In this document: one piece after another, positions 10,857-22,473 of the stretch
Numbering within the stretch: the first letter of the stretch is position 1
How the letters are laid out: each line of letters opens with the position of its first letter
Assembly (NCBI GenBank): GCA_963733195.1
Contig: CAVTCR010000014.1
Span: 1-57,688 of the forward strand
DNA from: an uncultured delta proteobacterium
GTDB lineage: Bacteria > Desulfobacterota > Binatia > Bin18
Length of the DNA stretch: 57,688 nt
Direction: 5' to 3'
Position numbers and translations under genes: made by a program
The notes under the pieces: generated by a model
Told to the model about the DNA's origin: nothing
Databases searched by the model: none
Seen by the model: the letters and a program-made list of their open reading frames with translations, nothing else

Positions 10857-11867
10857 TCAGTTGCAGTCGCGGCAGGAAAGAGATCGCGCATTTCCGGGAT
10901 GACCCACCAGGGCGGTTGGCCGCGGGCGACCCGCTCGATATTGGCGTAGCCATTGTGGAACCGCTTGCGAAAGCTGTCCACCGTTGGTCCAGCGCTATGC
11001 GGGGTCAGCGTGACATTCGGCAACGTCAACAAAGGATTGTTGGGATCAGGCGGCTCCTTCGCCTGCGTATCGAGACCGGCCGCCAGTATCCGCCCGTGTT
11101 GCAGCGCTTCGATCAGCGCTCGTTCATCGATGACCTCCCCACGACAGGTGTTGATCACAATCGCCGTGGGTTTCATGCGGCCCAAGGCCTGGGCATCAAT
11201 CATGTGACGAGTGCTCTCGTTGAGGGGAACATGCAGGCTCACGATGTCGGCGGTCGCGAGCAGCGTGTCGAGTGGAGCATACTGGACACCCAACTTTCCC
11301 TCCTCCTGAGGGCTCAGACGGAAGGCGTCGTAGTAGATCACCTGGGCATCAAAGGCTTGCACACGGCGGGCCACCTGCCGACCGATATTGCCCAATCCCA
11401 CCAGGCCAACCGTTTTGCCTTCCAGCTCATAGATGTCCACGGTGCGCGGGATGCCCTGATGCCACTGGCCACCGGCCACGTTCTGATGGAACGTCACCAG
11501 CTTACGATAGACCGCCAGCATGAGCATGATGGCGTGCTCGGCCACAGCCACGGAATTGGCGCCGCCATTCGAGCAAATAGGGATGCGGGCCTTGCGTGCC
11601 CCGGCGATGTTGACGTAGTCGTAGCCGGCACTCAGCACCTGGAGCAGCTTGAGACGCTTCGCTTCCGTATAGGCTTCGTCCGGCAGGAAGCGAGGAAAGC
11701 CCAGCAGGTATTCGGCTTCGCGTATCGCTGTGGCAATCTCCGCGGCGCTGGCAGCTGGGCGGCAGCATCTGCAACGTAAAGCCCGCCGGTTTCATTTGCT
11801 GCACCTGCGCGAGAATGTCCGGCGGCATCTCGATCCCTTGGGCAAAGACGATCGTCTGTTCGGCCAT
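10853..11867 (-). CDS. D-isomer-specific 2-hydroxyacid dehydrogenase (frameshifted)
   Basis: SAGYD, VAEH, GLGNIG, LHVPL, INTCRG, TPHSAG; 5' part MAEQTIVF in another frame. Confidence 0.85.
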
Positions 11868-12085
11868 GACGCTTTTCCTCTTTCCGTATAGATCCTTGTG
11901 CTCGCGTACTCATCGCGAGTTCGTGGCTTCAAGCTTCGCAACTGCTGTAGGCATTGTCAAGTTAAGCCATAGCTAGATGTAAAACCCCTCCAATTCCAGT
12001 TTGGTTATATTCTTATCTATTCATAACTATTCTTATTGTGGTATACTTTCATTCGGTTGCCCAGTTACCGAGAAAGGGAAAGGGT

Positions 12086-12367
12086 ATGAGCACGGTCACG
12101 ATTTCTATGCCGGAGTCCTTGCGGGAGTTTGTCGATGCCCAGATGAAACGGCAAGGCTTCGACAATGTCAGTGAGTATTTTCGCGCTCTGGTGCGAGAAC
12201 AGCAGGCTAAGGAAGCAGACAGCCAGCTAGAAGCACTGCTCTTGGAGGGGCTGGAGTCCGGGGAAGAGATCAAGGTCACCCCGGAATTCTGGAAAGACTT
12301 GAAAGCCGAAGCTGCCGCGCTCCTGAAGAAGCATCCGCCGAAACTCCGGCAGAGGCGGAAGAAGTGA
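12086..12367 (+). CDS. ParD-like (RHH) antitoxin
   Basis: TISMPESLREFVD..NVSEYFRALVR..LEALLLEGLESG; overlaps the downstream toxin start. Confidence 0.85.
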   Translation: MSTVTISMPESLREFVDAQMKRQGFDNVSEYFRALVREQQAKEADSQLEALLLEGLESGEEIKVTPEFWKDLKAEAAALLKKHPPKLRQRRKK

Positions 12368-12702
12368 CGCGCCAGAGGTTAATTGTCCGGTCTGCCGCGC
12401 GCACTGATATTTTGCGATATGTCCGCTATCTGTTGGAGCATGATGCACGAGCAGCAGCTGAACGCTTTCCTGACGCAGTAGAAAACGCGCTGGGGCAACT
12501 CCTGGATATGCCCGGTCTGGGAGCGCCACAAGCCTTCGTACACCCCCAATTAGGCGACATGCGGGCGTGGCAGATTCCGGGATTCCAATACATGTACATC
12601 TACTACCAGGAGATTTCGGGCGGCATCCGCGTCATTCGCATCCTCCACTCCAAAAGAAATCTCCGGCGCATTTTCTCACTCAAGAGAAAACAAATGCACT
12701 AA
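12364..12702 (+). CDS. ParE/RelE family toxin
   Basis: AARTDI..Y, MPGLG, YIYY..IRVIRILHSKRNL. Confidence 0.85.
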   Translation: MTRQRLIVRSAARTDILRYVRYLLEHDARAAAERFPDAVENALGQLLDMPGLGAPQAFVHPQLGDMRAWQIPGFQYMYIYYQEISGGIRVIRILHSKRNLRRIFSLKRKQMH

Positions 12703-12775
12703 CAGAGCAGAGGGGAGGGAACTCAGGTTATCCCAGCCGCAAGCGAGAAGGCGATGGGACGGAAATGGGACGGCG

Positions 12776-13126
12776 CTACCAGACTACGCACCCCCTTTTG
12801 CAGAATTTACGGGACTGGCGAATTAAAGGGTTTGAGAAGTATCTCTCTTGCTCATGCTTTGTCACATTATCGGTGTGCTGGATGACCGCAAGCTCCGCAA
12901 GGCCGAAGCGATCGGCTGCACACCAGGTTCTTGATGCACTCGTGAAGGACTGTTCCCAACACCGTTCGGCAGTTTTTACCCATCGCTCACCCCGACACAT
13001 GTACATAGTCCTGTGCATACAAACCCGCGCCCCTTCCGAATAGGGAACCCCGTGATAGATGCACTCGGCAGCGACTGGTCCATCCAGCAGCAGAGCCATT
13101 ACGATCCCTAGCATACACCTTTTCAT
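12776..13126 (-). CDS. Small secreted Cys-rich protein (DUF1496/YnjH-like)
   Basis: Signal peptide then CIYHGVPYSEGARVC..YMC..W. Confidence 0.6.
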   Translation of the reverse strand: MKRCMLGIVMALLLDGPVAAECIYHGVPYSEGARVCMHRTMYMCRGERWVKTAERCWEQSFTSASRTWCAADRFGLAELAVIQHTDNVTKHEQERYFSNPLIRQSRKFCKRGCVVW

Positions 13127-13589
13127 TCCCACTCCCGTGGCTTGTCCGCGACTTCAGCGTAGAAATACTGCACCTTCTCTGATCGTATCTGCCATAGCTT
13201 CGGAGAGGTAAAAAAGTCAAGCCTTGAGGACGACAAAAAGGACGCTGATGCAGAAATCCGTCCGGCCCAGCAGATTGCCTTCCACAACGACCGTTCTCCG
13301 CCGCATCTGATCCTGCTGGTCATTCTCCGCGATCGGAGGCGTCGTATCCAGAGTTGCCTGCCAGAGTGCGCCAGCACTGGCCGCAAGCAAAGGAGAAGCG
13401 TCCGTCGTGGTCCGTGGGCGGCGTGGTTCTATCGCCACCCACGTCGTGCTATCCACAGCATGCGAACGAAAAAAGATCACGTCATAACGCGGAGGTCATG
13501 AGGATTTGATACGATGTGCTGCAGGCGGCGCATGACCAGCATCGCACGACCCACGTAGAGAACACTCCAAGCAGGAAAGGTAGGAAGGC

Positions 13590-14390
13590 ATGTCTACAGT
13601 CAGTTTGACTTTGGATACTCAAGAGCTTGCGCACCACTACGAACAAGTCAGCGCCGCACACCAGTTCAAGGCGGGGCAGCTACTGATTGAAGAACTCGCT
13701 GTTACACCGGGGGAAAAGGTACTCGATGTGGGCAGTGGCACTGGTCTGCTAGCAGAGTATGTAGCCGGACTCGTCGGTCCCACAGGTTCTGTTGTCGGGA
13801 TCGACCCGCTGCCACTGCGGATCGCGCTCGCGCAGCAGAAAGGGCGGTCGAACCTGAGCTTTAAGGTTGGCACGGCCGACGATCTGCGTGAATTTCCCGA
13901 AGCAAGCTTCGATGCTGTGTATCTCAATGCGGTGTTGCACTGGCTGCCGGACAAGCTGGGGCCGCTGCGAGAGTTCTTCCGCGTACTGAAAAGGGGGGGC
14001 CGACTCGGCATTTCGACTGGTTCCAAGGATCATCCGCTGCAGGTGCTCAAGACGCAGATCCTCGCACGCGAACCGTACCGTCATTACGCCGAGGTCTCGG
14101 GTGGGATAGCGCATCGCGTCAGCGCGGACGAACTTGAGAGCCTCCTACATCAGACTGGGTTTGAGATAAAGACAATTACCGTGCGGCCCCATGTGCGTCA
14201 TTACCCGACACCAGAGGCGGCCATCGAATTCGTCGAGGCGAGTTCGTTCGGTAATTTCCTCGGCCACTTGCCGACAGAGCTGCGCACGGCAGCCCGCGAA
14301 GAGATCATGCGCGAACTGGAGCAGTACCGCACGCCTGAGGGCATACGGTGGGACGGAGCCCGTATCATCGCGGTGGCTCTCAAGCCGTGA
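13590..14390 (+). CDS. Class I SAM-dependent methyltransferase
   Basis: VLDVGSGTG, SFDAV, LHW, RVLKRGGRL. Confidence 0.9.
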   Translation: MSTVSLTLDTQELAHHYEQVSAAHQFKAGQLLIEELAVTPGEKVLDVGSGTGLLAEYVAGLVGPTGSVVGIDPLPLRIALAQQKGRSNLSFKVGTADDLREFPEASFDAVYLNAVLHWLPDKLGPLREFFRVLKRGGRLGISTGSKDHPLQVLKTQILAREPYRHYAEVSGGIAHRVSADELESLLHQTGFEIKTITVRPHVRHYPTPEAAIEFVEASSFGNFLGHLPTELRTAAREEIMRELEQYRTPEGIRWDGARIIAVALKP

Positions 14391-14689
14391 AGCCCAAAGC
14401 CAACCCCCGCTCAGATTGCCCAGCCTACAAATGTCCGCGATGATCTGTCATGTGTGGTGCAGGCGGATCGGAGACCAACAACCCGATGTGGATCCACTCG
14501 GTCACCTGAGCAGCAGCTGCGGCATTATGAATTTCCCTTGCTCGACGTTGCTAACCTGAGCTCCGATTTCTGCCGGCATTCGCCCGCACAGTTGGGCTGT
14601 GCGATCTGGATCGGCGATTGCTGCTCCGCAATGTGTTGAGCTCCTGTTGCTTCCGCTGGCCCGCTACGGTCACTGCCAGTATGCTGCGT

Positions 14690-15106
14690 TCAGGCAATGC
14701 GCGTGAGCACGAAGACCGGTATCTGCCGCGTGGTCTTTTGCCGATACTCGTTAAAAATCGGCAGCTGTGCGGCTTGGCGGTCAAACAGCCGCTGGCGTTC
14801 CTCACCAGCTGTTACTGCTGCCTTGACCCGAAAGCGTTCGCTGCCCACTTCGACTGTCGCCTCCGGGTTGGCGACTAAGTTGTGGTACCACGGTGGATTC
14901 TTAGGGCCTCCCGCGAACGAAGCGATTATGACAATACGATCGCCATCCTTGGTGTACACCAGTGGCTTGGTGATCGTCCGACCACTTTTAGCGCCGGTCG
15001 TCGTCAGGAGAAGCATGGGCATATTGGCAAGCTGACCGCCAACTTTCCCTTGATTCGCCCGGAATTCTTTAATCACCTGTTGGTTGAAATCATTCAATTC
15101 CGACAT
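14690..15106 (-). CDS. Deazaflavin (F420H2)-dependent nitroreductase family protein (Ddn-like)
   Basis: LLLTTTGAKSG, IASFAGGPKNPPWYHNLVANP, TTRQIPVFVL. Confidence 0.9.
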   Translation of the reverse strand: MSELNDFNQQVIKEFRANQGKVGGQLANMPMLLLTTTGAKSGRTITKPLVYTKDGDRIVIIASFAGGPKNPPWYHNLVANPEATVEVGSERFRVKAAVTAGEERQRLFDRQAAQLPIFNEYRQKTTRQIPVFVLTRIA

Positions 15107-15307
15107 ATTTCCTCCATGCCTCAACTGGGTTCAACGTCGTAACGTGCGCTGTTCCTCTAAGAGGGGCTATCAGTAGCCCCACACTACACCGATTATCGAG
15201 AGCATCAAGGGGAAGACGAATGTGCAAGAGGACAGAGTGGGGTAGTCGACTAACCCCTCATCCCTTGAAACAAAAAGGTGCATAATCTCTGCATACGGAG
15301 GCGAATA

Positions 15308-16249
15308 ATGGAGTACACAATACTTGGGCGAACTGGGTTCCGGGTGAGTGTCGCTGGCTTGGGGTGCGGCGGCCATAGTCGTTTAGGACAAGCGACCGGC
15401 AAGAGCGAACAGGAATCGGTAGCCGTGGTGCGACAGGCGCTTGAGCTCGGGATCAACTTGATCGACACGGCGGAAGTGTACGGCACTGAGTCCATCGTCG
15501 GCAAGGCGCTGGAGGGAGTGACTCGTGATCGAGTGGTCATTGCGACCAAAAAACTGCTCCCATCCCCCGAGCAGCCCGATCCAAGCGGAGAACTGCAACG
15601 CGGATTGGAGCAGAGTTTGCGGCGCCTCCGCACCGACTATGTCGATATCTACTTTCTGCATGGGGTCCGCCCTGAGCAATACCGCTATGCCTACGACACC
15701 TTCGTCCCGGTGCTGCAACGGATGCGTGAAGAAGGAAAAATACGAGCGGTGGGAATCACCGAAGCGTTTACCTTTGATCCGCAACACCGGATGCTGCAAC
15801 AGGCCGTGGAGGCCGATTGCTGGGACGTTATGATGGTGGGCTTCAGTCTGTTAAATCCTTCGGCTCGCACTCGTGTGTTTCCGCACACGCGGCGAAAAAA
15901 TATTGGGGTGCTGGACATGTTTGCGGTGCGACGTGCGCTCAGCCAACCGCAATCCCTTAAAGCACTGATCGCCGAGTTACAAAACAGTGGACAGCTCGCT
16001 CCCGGCGCCTGTGATGAAAGCAATCCTTTAGGGTTTCTGACCGCGGATGGAAAGGCGACAACGATCCCAGAGGCGGCCTACCGCTTTTGCCGATATGAAC
16101 CGGGCATTCATACCGTGTTAACCGGGACAGGAAATGTGGAACACCTCAAGGAAAATGTTGCTTCCCTGCTGAAGCCTTCGCTCGCCCAGGCAGACCTCCA
16201 GCGGTTGGAACACATTTTCGGCAACATCGATTCAGTGTCGGGAAACTAA
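15308..16249 (+). CDS. Aldo/keto reductase
   Basis: LGRTG..VS..GLG, IDTAEVYGTE, ATK, SLRRLRTDYVDIYFLH. Confidence 0.9.
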   Translation: MEYTILGRTGFRVSVAGLGCGGHSRLGQATGKSEQESVAVVRQALELGINLIDTAEVYGTESIVGKALEGVTRDRVVIATKKLLPSPEQPDPSGELQRGLEQSLRRLRTDYVDIYFLHGVRPEQYRYAYDTFVPVLQRMREEGKIRAVGITEAFTFDPQHRMLQQAVEADCWDVMMVGFSLLNPSARTRVFPHTRRKNIGVLDMFAVRRALSQPQSLKALIAELQNSGQLAPGACDESNPLGFLTADGKATTIPEAAYRFCRYEPGIHTVLTGTGNVEHLKENVASLLKPSLAQADLQRLEHIFGNIDSVSGN

Positions 16250-16322
16250 GGATTGTTCCGTCCACGTCAAATATGGTAGCGATAGCTGAACACGGTGTTC
16301 AGAAACAAAAAGGGAGGCAGCT

Positions 16323-17189
16323 ATGAGTACCGTTGGCCAAGGTCAGTACGAATATGAGATTGTGGAGCGCTGGGGCTCATTACCCAATGGCTGGACGTTC
16401 GGGGCGGTCAGCGCCATTGCGGTCGACTCACAGGATCGGGTGTACGCGTTCCAACGCAAAGACCCGCCAGTCCTCGTCTTCGACCGTGAAGGGAATTTTT
16501 TGAACGCCTGGGGCCACAGCGCCATCAGAGACCCGCACGGCATCTATATCGGCCCCGACGACATCGTCTATCTCACAGATCGTGACGATCACGTCGCCCT
16601 CAAGTTCACGCTTGATGGACGGCCGCTCGCCCTCTTAGGTGAACGAGGAAAACCCTCAGATACGGGTTGCGAAGAGGATGGCGCGCTTGTGCCGCGCGCC
16701 GCTGGTCCTTTCAATAAACCGACGGAGATGGTGGTGGCCCCTTCCGGCGATTTGTACGTCACCGATGGCTATCGCAATAGTCGCGTGCACCGTTTTTCCG
16801 CTGACGGCCGGTTGATTGAGTCATGGGGAACGCCTGGCAAGTCCGCGCCTGGAGAGTTTCACCTACCGCATAGTGTGTGGATCGACGGTCAGGGAACGGT
16901 CTACGTGTGCGATCGAGAAAATAATCGCATCCAGGTCTTCACCGCCACTGGACAGTATCTCACGCAGTGGACAGATATTCACCGTCCCACGGACATTTAT
17001 ATGGACGCTCAGGACATTGTTTACATCAGCGATCTCAAACCAACTGTCACCGTCATGAATAAGCAGGGTCATGTCATTGCCCGCTGGGATTCCCCGATGG
17101 GGCACGGACTCTGGGTAGATTCCAAGGGAGACATCTACCTGGCGGATGTCTTAGAGAAGGGCATCACGAAATACATGCGAAAGCGGTAA
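16323..17189 (+). CDS. NHL-repeat beta-propeller (peptidyl-alpha-hydroxyglycine lyase-like)
   Basis: Repeated PHGI/PT/PH blades, DGYRNSRV, DRENNRIQVF. Confidence 0.85.
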   Translation: MSTVGQGQYEYEIVERWGSLPNGWTFGAVSAIAVDSQDRVYAFQRKDPPVLVFDREGNFLNAWGHSAIRDPHGIYIGPDDIVYLTDRDDHVALKFTLDGRPLALLGERGKPSDTGCEEDGALVPRAAGPFNKPTEMVVAPSGDLYVTDGYRNSRVHRFSADGRLIESWGTPGKSAPGEFHLPHSVWIDGQGTVYVCDRENNRIQVFTATGQYLTQWTDIHRPTDIYMDAQDIVYISDLKPTVTVMNKQGHVIARWDSPMGHGLWVDSKGDIYLADVLEKGITKYMRKR

Positions 17190-17235
17190 AGACTATAAGG
17201 GACGTTACAGGGAAATTCGTGGTACGCACGGCGAT

Positions 17236-17300
17236 ATGCCACGTGTCCCCGGCTGGATGCCCCCGGTGTGCTGCACCATGTAATGACGCGGGGGATTTAT
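17236..17300 (+). pseudogene. 5' remnant of a REP-associated tyrosine (Y1) transposase
   Basis: Reads MPRVP/RLDAPGVLHHVMTRGI with one frameshift, resembling RAYT N-termini; no continuation. Confidence 0.6.
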
Positions 17301-17407
17301 TGGAGTTTTCGAGCGGGTTAAAAAGTCTGTTTTGGGATGTATTGAACCATTTAGCCAAAACTCCCATTCATTGGAACGCGAGCAACAATGCGCAAGGGGA
17401 AGGGGGA

Positions 17408-17665
17408 TTATCGAGCGCCGGAAAACTCATAGATAGGAGTTTCTATCTTTCGGATGGGCTGGCCTTCTTTGATCAGCCGGTCAATTTCTCGTAACGTCAT
17501 CTCTTCAATCCAAATCTCCCCGCAAGCGCTACACACCTGAGCGGGGACATGCTGGAAAAGATAAATCTTCTCCCCGCGCTTCTCCTCGTGGGTAATCGTG
17601 GTGTTCTGCAGCTTACCGCCACAGACGGCGCAGATGTTCTTCTTTTGTTGTGAGGGTGTTTTCAT
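17408..17665 (-). CDS. YgiT/MqsA-type zinc-finger antitoxin-like protein
   Basis: CAVCGG..VPAQVCSACGE. Confidence 0.85.
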   Translation of the reverse strand: MKTPSQQKKNICAVCGGKLQNTTITHEEKRGEKIYLFQHVPAQVCSACGEIWIEEMTLREIDRLIKEGQPIRKIETPIYEFSGAR

Positions 17666-18003
17666 GGTTTTTCACTTCTCCTTTTAGGCGCGCGTGTCCA
17701 GGGATCATCCCATTTTTCTGGATCAAGCCAATGAACGGTTATGATGTAGAGATAATCCTCCGCCCGATCGTAGCCAAGAGACACGTAGAGGGGTTGCTTA
17801 TTGGGTTCCATCATTGCCATCATGAGGCATTTCGGGAACGGTTTAGCCCGTGAACGCTCCTCAAGTATCTCTCCCTCTTTAATAACACGTAAGGCCATGT
17901 CTCGGGTAATCCCACGCTCGGATGCACGGAGGAGGGCATGGTATCGCCACTTGATGCGGCCTGCCTGGGCTGCTTGTCGGATTGTCGGCAGAGAGAAAGT
18001 CAC
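17662..18003 (-). CDS. DUF4258 family putative toxin
   Basis: HALLRASERGI..GEILE..PFPKCL..PLYV..YIITV..DPEKW; overlaps the zinc-finger gene. Confidence 0.8.
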   Translation of the reverse strand: MTFSLPTIRQAAQAGRIKWRYHALLRASERGITRDMALRVIKEGEILEERSRAKPFPKCLMMAMMEPNKQPLYVSLGYDRAEDYLYIITVHWLDPEKWDDPWTRAPKRRSEKP

Positions 18004-18123
18004 TACGACTGAATCCCTATCGCTTCTTCAAGACACTTTACACGGGTAAGAAGCTTTTTGTAGTCCTCCTGGCTCACGCACGTTTCTTCGAGTCCATCAA
18101 ATCGCTCGTCCATATGGTAGCCG

Positions 18124-19238
18124 TTACGACAAACCGTAGCAGCGAGCGGCATTCGCACCCATAATCTTTTGCCGCGAGTCTTCGGGCAGTGCGGCACAAT
18201 GCTCGCGCAATTCCTCTACGGCGCCCGGGAATTGGCAGTCGTAGTGCGGGTAATCAGACGCCCACATCAGATACTCCTCCACGCCGAGAGCGGTCGCGGC
18301 CTTCAGCGCGAGATCGTCCGGCTCGCACGCGCAGAAGCATGCCGCCGGAAATACTCACTCGGTTTCAGCTTGGCCTTCGGGACCATGTAGCCGATCTTGT
18401 CGTAGAATTCGTCCAGCCGCGCCAGCCAGTACGGAATCCAGCCGCCGCCCGCTTCGAGGAACGCGACTCTCAGCCGCGGGAATCGATCGAGCACGCCACC
18501 GCAGATCATGTCCATGCAGGCCATCTGTTGTTCCAGCGGATGGGAAATGATCATGCGCTGAAAAAAATCATGGTAGCGGTCGAATCCCGCCGTCGGCATA
18601 TCACCAGTGACAGCGGCATGGAGCGCGATCGTGCAGTTCAGCTCCTGCGCCTCAGCCCAGAACGGGTCGTACGCCGGATCGCTGAGGCGGCGATTGTTGT
18701 ACGGATTTGAGCGGACGAGTACCGACTTGACGCCATGTTCCTTGACCACTCGGCGCATTTCCACGATCGCCGCCTCGACGTCGTGCAGCGGCACCGGCGC
18801 GACACTATAGAGCCGGTCAGGAGCCACACGGCAGAAATCTGCCATCCAGTTGTTGTAGGCGCGGCACGCCGCAGCCGATAGCTCGGGGTCCTTGATCGCG
18901 ACAAAGCCGATGCCGATGGACGGGAAAAGCACGGAAACGTCTATGCCCTCTGAGTCCATGTCCTGGAGACGGGCATGCGGATCGTAGCTGCCAGGGCGTA
19001 GATCGTCCCACGAAAGTTTGCGCGCCAGCTCCGGAGCGGCCAAGCCTCCTGGTATGCACATCGCGGCCGGCGCGTAGATACTGTTTGTGTTGATCTTGTC
19101 TCCGATCGCGATCCGATCGATACCGTCGGAGTCTTTGGCGATGCGTGGCAGCCGGTCACGAAACTTGGGTTCGATGTAGTCCTGCCAGAACGTGCGGGGT
19201 TCAACGATATGCCCATCTGCGTCAATGATCTTTGTCAT
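18124..19238 (-). CDS. Amidohydrolase_2 family protein (one frameshift near 18335)
   Basis: IIDADGHIVEP, AYNNW, AFLEAGGGW, and in the shifted frame MWASDYPHYD..KIMGANAAR. Confidence 0.85.
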
Positions 19239-19531
19239 TGTCGGCCCTCCTTTGAGGTAGACTGCAAGGCTAAGCTACACCTCAGAATTGAGCTACGCTA
19301 TGCTTTTGTTTTCAGCACTGCTATCTCCCTATGTATTGAGGTGGACGTTTCTCCATAAACGTGCGGGGGCCTTCCTTGCTCACGGCATTGCGCCCGAGCG
19401 TCTCCCTAACTCTTCGAGTGTGAAATAGACAAAGCTCTGCGCCCCAAGGGATGTGCCTTTCTCAGGTTCTCCCGCATCGCAACATAGCGATGATGCGGTG
19501 CAGTGCCATAGGCAGCAGCTTTTCCAATTGC

Positions 19532-20153
19532 TCAGGACGGCAGCGGACGTGTATGGACGAGTTGGCCGCTGGCCAGGTAGGCGAGTTCCTCTGGAGTATT
19601 GCCGCCCCAAGACGGCGTTGCGATGGGGATGACGACCAAAGCGGGCAATAACGTCGCGATGGCCACGGGCTTGCGACGCCGAATGCTCCAGCACTTTCCG
19701 TAGCTCCGGGGGTGCCTGTGCCACAAGTTCCTCTGCCAGCGTGACCGCTCTCTCCAAGTGCATGAGCTCCTCGGAGTGCCCCAAGGGTAAGAAGAAAAAC
19801 GTCTTCTCCCACGAAGTATCGAGTGCCGCGTAGTGATCGTTCTCGAGTCCTTGCAGCGCTAGAGCAAGAGCCTGCTGATCTTGCGCAAACGCCCGCTCAG
19901 TGCCCCGATAGAGTGAGCGGGAGAACTCATCAAGGACGATGATGAGTGCGAGTCGAGGCCGTGGCCTGTGCGCCCAGTGGTCGAGTTCCCCTCGCGTCGC
20001 CCGCTCCAGCAGGAGTGGAAACCTTTCGGCGATGGCAGAGTCCGCTCCTCCACGAAACCACCATTCGAATTGGCGGACCATCGTCGCATGCTCGCCGCGC
20101 AAGTGCTGAGGGAACCAGAATCGGAGCACATCTTCGAATTCTTCAACCGGCAT
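19532..20153 (-). CDS. DUF924 family protein (frameshift near the 3' end)
   Basis: VLRFWF, LALIIVLDEFSR, PLGHSE, IARFGRHPHRNAVLGR/TPEE. Confidence 0.85.
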
Positions 20154-20279
20154 CGTCAATACACCTCTACCGCCTCACCGCGCAGTAAAAAGTAATCCGT
20201 AGGCCATGATTAACATCCAAACCGAAATTACGACATCGAACAGTTCCATACCAGTCACTCCTTATCTTGCGCGCAGTCC

Positions 20280-20633
20280 TCACTGCTTCTCAATATCCCC
20301 ACAGGGGGTGGGGGCCCGGGATGCGATACCCCTCAATCTCCAACCCGGTACCGTAGCGAGCATCCCGCTCCAGCGACTGTCCTGCTCCGCCGCTTCGGAC
20401 TGCATACGCCACGCGAAGCTGGACGCCGGTTGCGAGAACGAGAGGAGCGAGGCAAGCGCAGGGAGTGAAGGGTGGGCCAGCACGTGCTGGATCTCCTCCA
20501 GAGAGAAAAAGAGTACGGTTCCGTCACGCTCGGCTGCCTTAGCGACCGGGGGCATCAGCAGAGTAGTGACAGTAAGGAGAGCAAGGAGAGCCAAGCGAAA
20601 TTTAGGACTACCAGTGGAGCGTAATGGTGTCAT
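20280..20633 (-). CDS. Hypothetical secreted protein
   Basis: GAAAGGAG RBS, ATG at 20633, signal peptide LALLALLTVTTLLMPPVAKA; no recognisable domain. Confidence 0.45.
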   Translation of the reverse strand: MTPLRSTGSPKFRLALLALLTVTTLLMPPVAKAAERDGTVLFFSLEEIQHVLAHPSLPALASLLSFSQPASSFAWRMQSEAAEQDSRWSGMLATVPGWRLRGIASRAPTPCGDIEKQ

Positions 20634-20947
20634 GATCGGACTCCTTTCTAGTATGTGACTGTGCCTTTGAGCAGATCCCGTGCCAGCTGCAATTGGTGCT
20701 GGGGCGATGGTGCGGATTGCTCTAACCAGTGGAAATCGTAAGCAGTTCTTTTCTCGTCGCTCTCCTGTGGAAGTCCCCAAGGGAGCTGTTCTTATTATCT
20801 GTGATATCCAACGGATATATCGGCTTGATATGGTTAGAGAGCAGAGGTGACGGTGGTCAGTTTCGGAATCTAACACTGTGTGATATGACTTGGTAGAGAA
20901 TTGACCTAGAGCAGATGAGCGGACGTAAGAGAAAAGGGTGGCTTTTG

Positions 20948-21225
20948 ATGGCGCGACTGTAAAGCCTTCATCTCCTATAGCCATGCCGCCGATGGCAAGC
21001 TCGCGCCGGCGCTGCAGCTCGCCTCCAAAAGTTCGCTTGCCCTTGGAATCAACTTCGCGCCATTCGCGTCTTCCGTGACAAGACCGGGCTGACCACTACT
21101 CCGGGACTGTGGAGCTGGCCGGGCGAAGCCTGCAAACGTCTTCCCCTCGCTGCTGCGGAAGCGCAATGGCGACAGCTTTTCGTGGATCGCCTGTTTCCCG
21201 CTGCCTGCGTCAACAATAGACCTTC
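20948..21225 (+). pseudogene. Collapsed remnant of a TIR-domain (probably TIR-WD40) gene
   Basis: Manual translation: KAFISYSHAADGKLAPALQ / LQKFACPWNQLRAIRVFRDKTGLTTTPGLW, then ACKRLPLAAAEAQWRQLFVDRLFPAAC. Confidence 0.7.
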
Positions 21226-21301
21226 CAGCAGTACCCGTGCGATTGTTTTCGGAGAGGTGTGGTCTTGTTTTCGCTGTTCGTATCTGGCAACGCCTACTGA
21301 T

Positions 21302-22473
21302 ATGAGTAAGCAAGACGAGACCTTCTTCGCCCCGTGCCCGCGTGGGCTGGAGGTGGTGCTACGGGCCGAGCTAGAGCCATTAGGCGCGCAGAATGTGACT
21401 GACCTCCCTGGCGGGGTATCTTTCACCGGCCCATTTGCCCTCTGCTACACAGTCAATCTCCACAGCCGGATCGCCAGCCGGGTTCTGTGGTGTCTTTCAC
21501 GGCGCCTACCGCGACGAGCACGATATTTTTCAGGCTGCGCATGCGTTACCCTGGCAGGAATGGTTTCCTGTCAGCCGCACGATCAAGGTGAAGGTCAGTG
21601 CCCAGCAGTGCCCGCTGCACAGCCTGGATTTTGTCACCCTCAGGATCAAGGATGCGGTCTGCGATCGCTTCCGCGTGGCCACCGGCGGTCGTCCCCACGT
21701 GGCGACGCGCCGGCCAGATATCCGCATTGACGCGTTTCTGGATCGTCAGACTGTGACGCTCTACCTCGATACGTCGGGTGAGGCACTTTTCAAGCGCGGA
21801 CTCCGTACCGCCGTTACCGAGGCGCCTGTGCGTGAGAATCTCGCGGCGGGCATTCTGCGGCTGGTGGGCTGGACCCCACAGCAACCGTTGCTTGACCCGA
21901 TGTGCGGGAGCGGCACGTTCCTCGTGGAAGCTGCGTTGATCGCGCGGAATATCCCGCCTGGGCTGGGGCGGCGCTTTGCGTTCGAAAAGCTGAGCAACTT
22001 TGACGCTCGTGAGTGGCGGGCACTGTACGAGGCTGGAAGAGCGCGGCAAATGCCGAGGCGCCCTGTGCTATTTACGGGAGCGACATCGACGGGGCCACAG
22101 TCCAGGCGGCGCAGGTTAATCTCAAGGCAGCCGGATTGGTTGATGCGGTGGCACTCAAGCAGGCCGACATACTAGACGTCAAGCCGCCAGCGGAGGAGGG
22201 GCTGGTTACGAACCCACCTTATGGTGTCCGCCTCGGTGATCAGCGCAGCTGGCCGCGTTCTACCCGCGGCTCGGCGACAGCCTGAAGCAGAACTTCGCTG
22301 GCTGGCATGCGTACCTCTTCACGGCGGATCTCCGTCTGTCTAAGCTAATCGGTCTGGCAGCCAGCCGTCGCACGCCCCTCTTCAACGGCCCCCTCGAATG
22401 CCGGCTCTTCGAATTCAAAATCGTCAGCGGTACGATGCGAAAGCAGAGAGTCACGGTGAGTGGGAGCAATTGA
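21302..22473 (+). CDS. THUMP-domain RNA methyltransferase (RlmL/RlmK N-terminal type; frameshifted)
   Basis: FFAPCPRGLE, YLDTSGEALFKRG, APVRENLAA, DPMCGSGT, TNPPYG, LFNGPLEC. Confidence 0.85.

Noticed and set aside
10916-11779. Long antisense ORFs (also 24245-24949, 28478-29299, 30140-30898)
   Set aside because: They are shadows of recognisable genes on the opposite strand in GC-rich DNA and contain no motifs.
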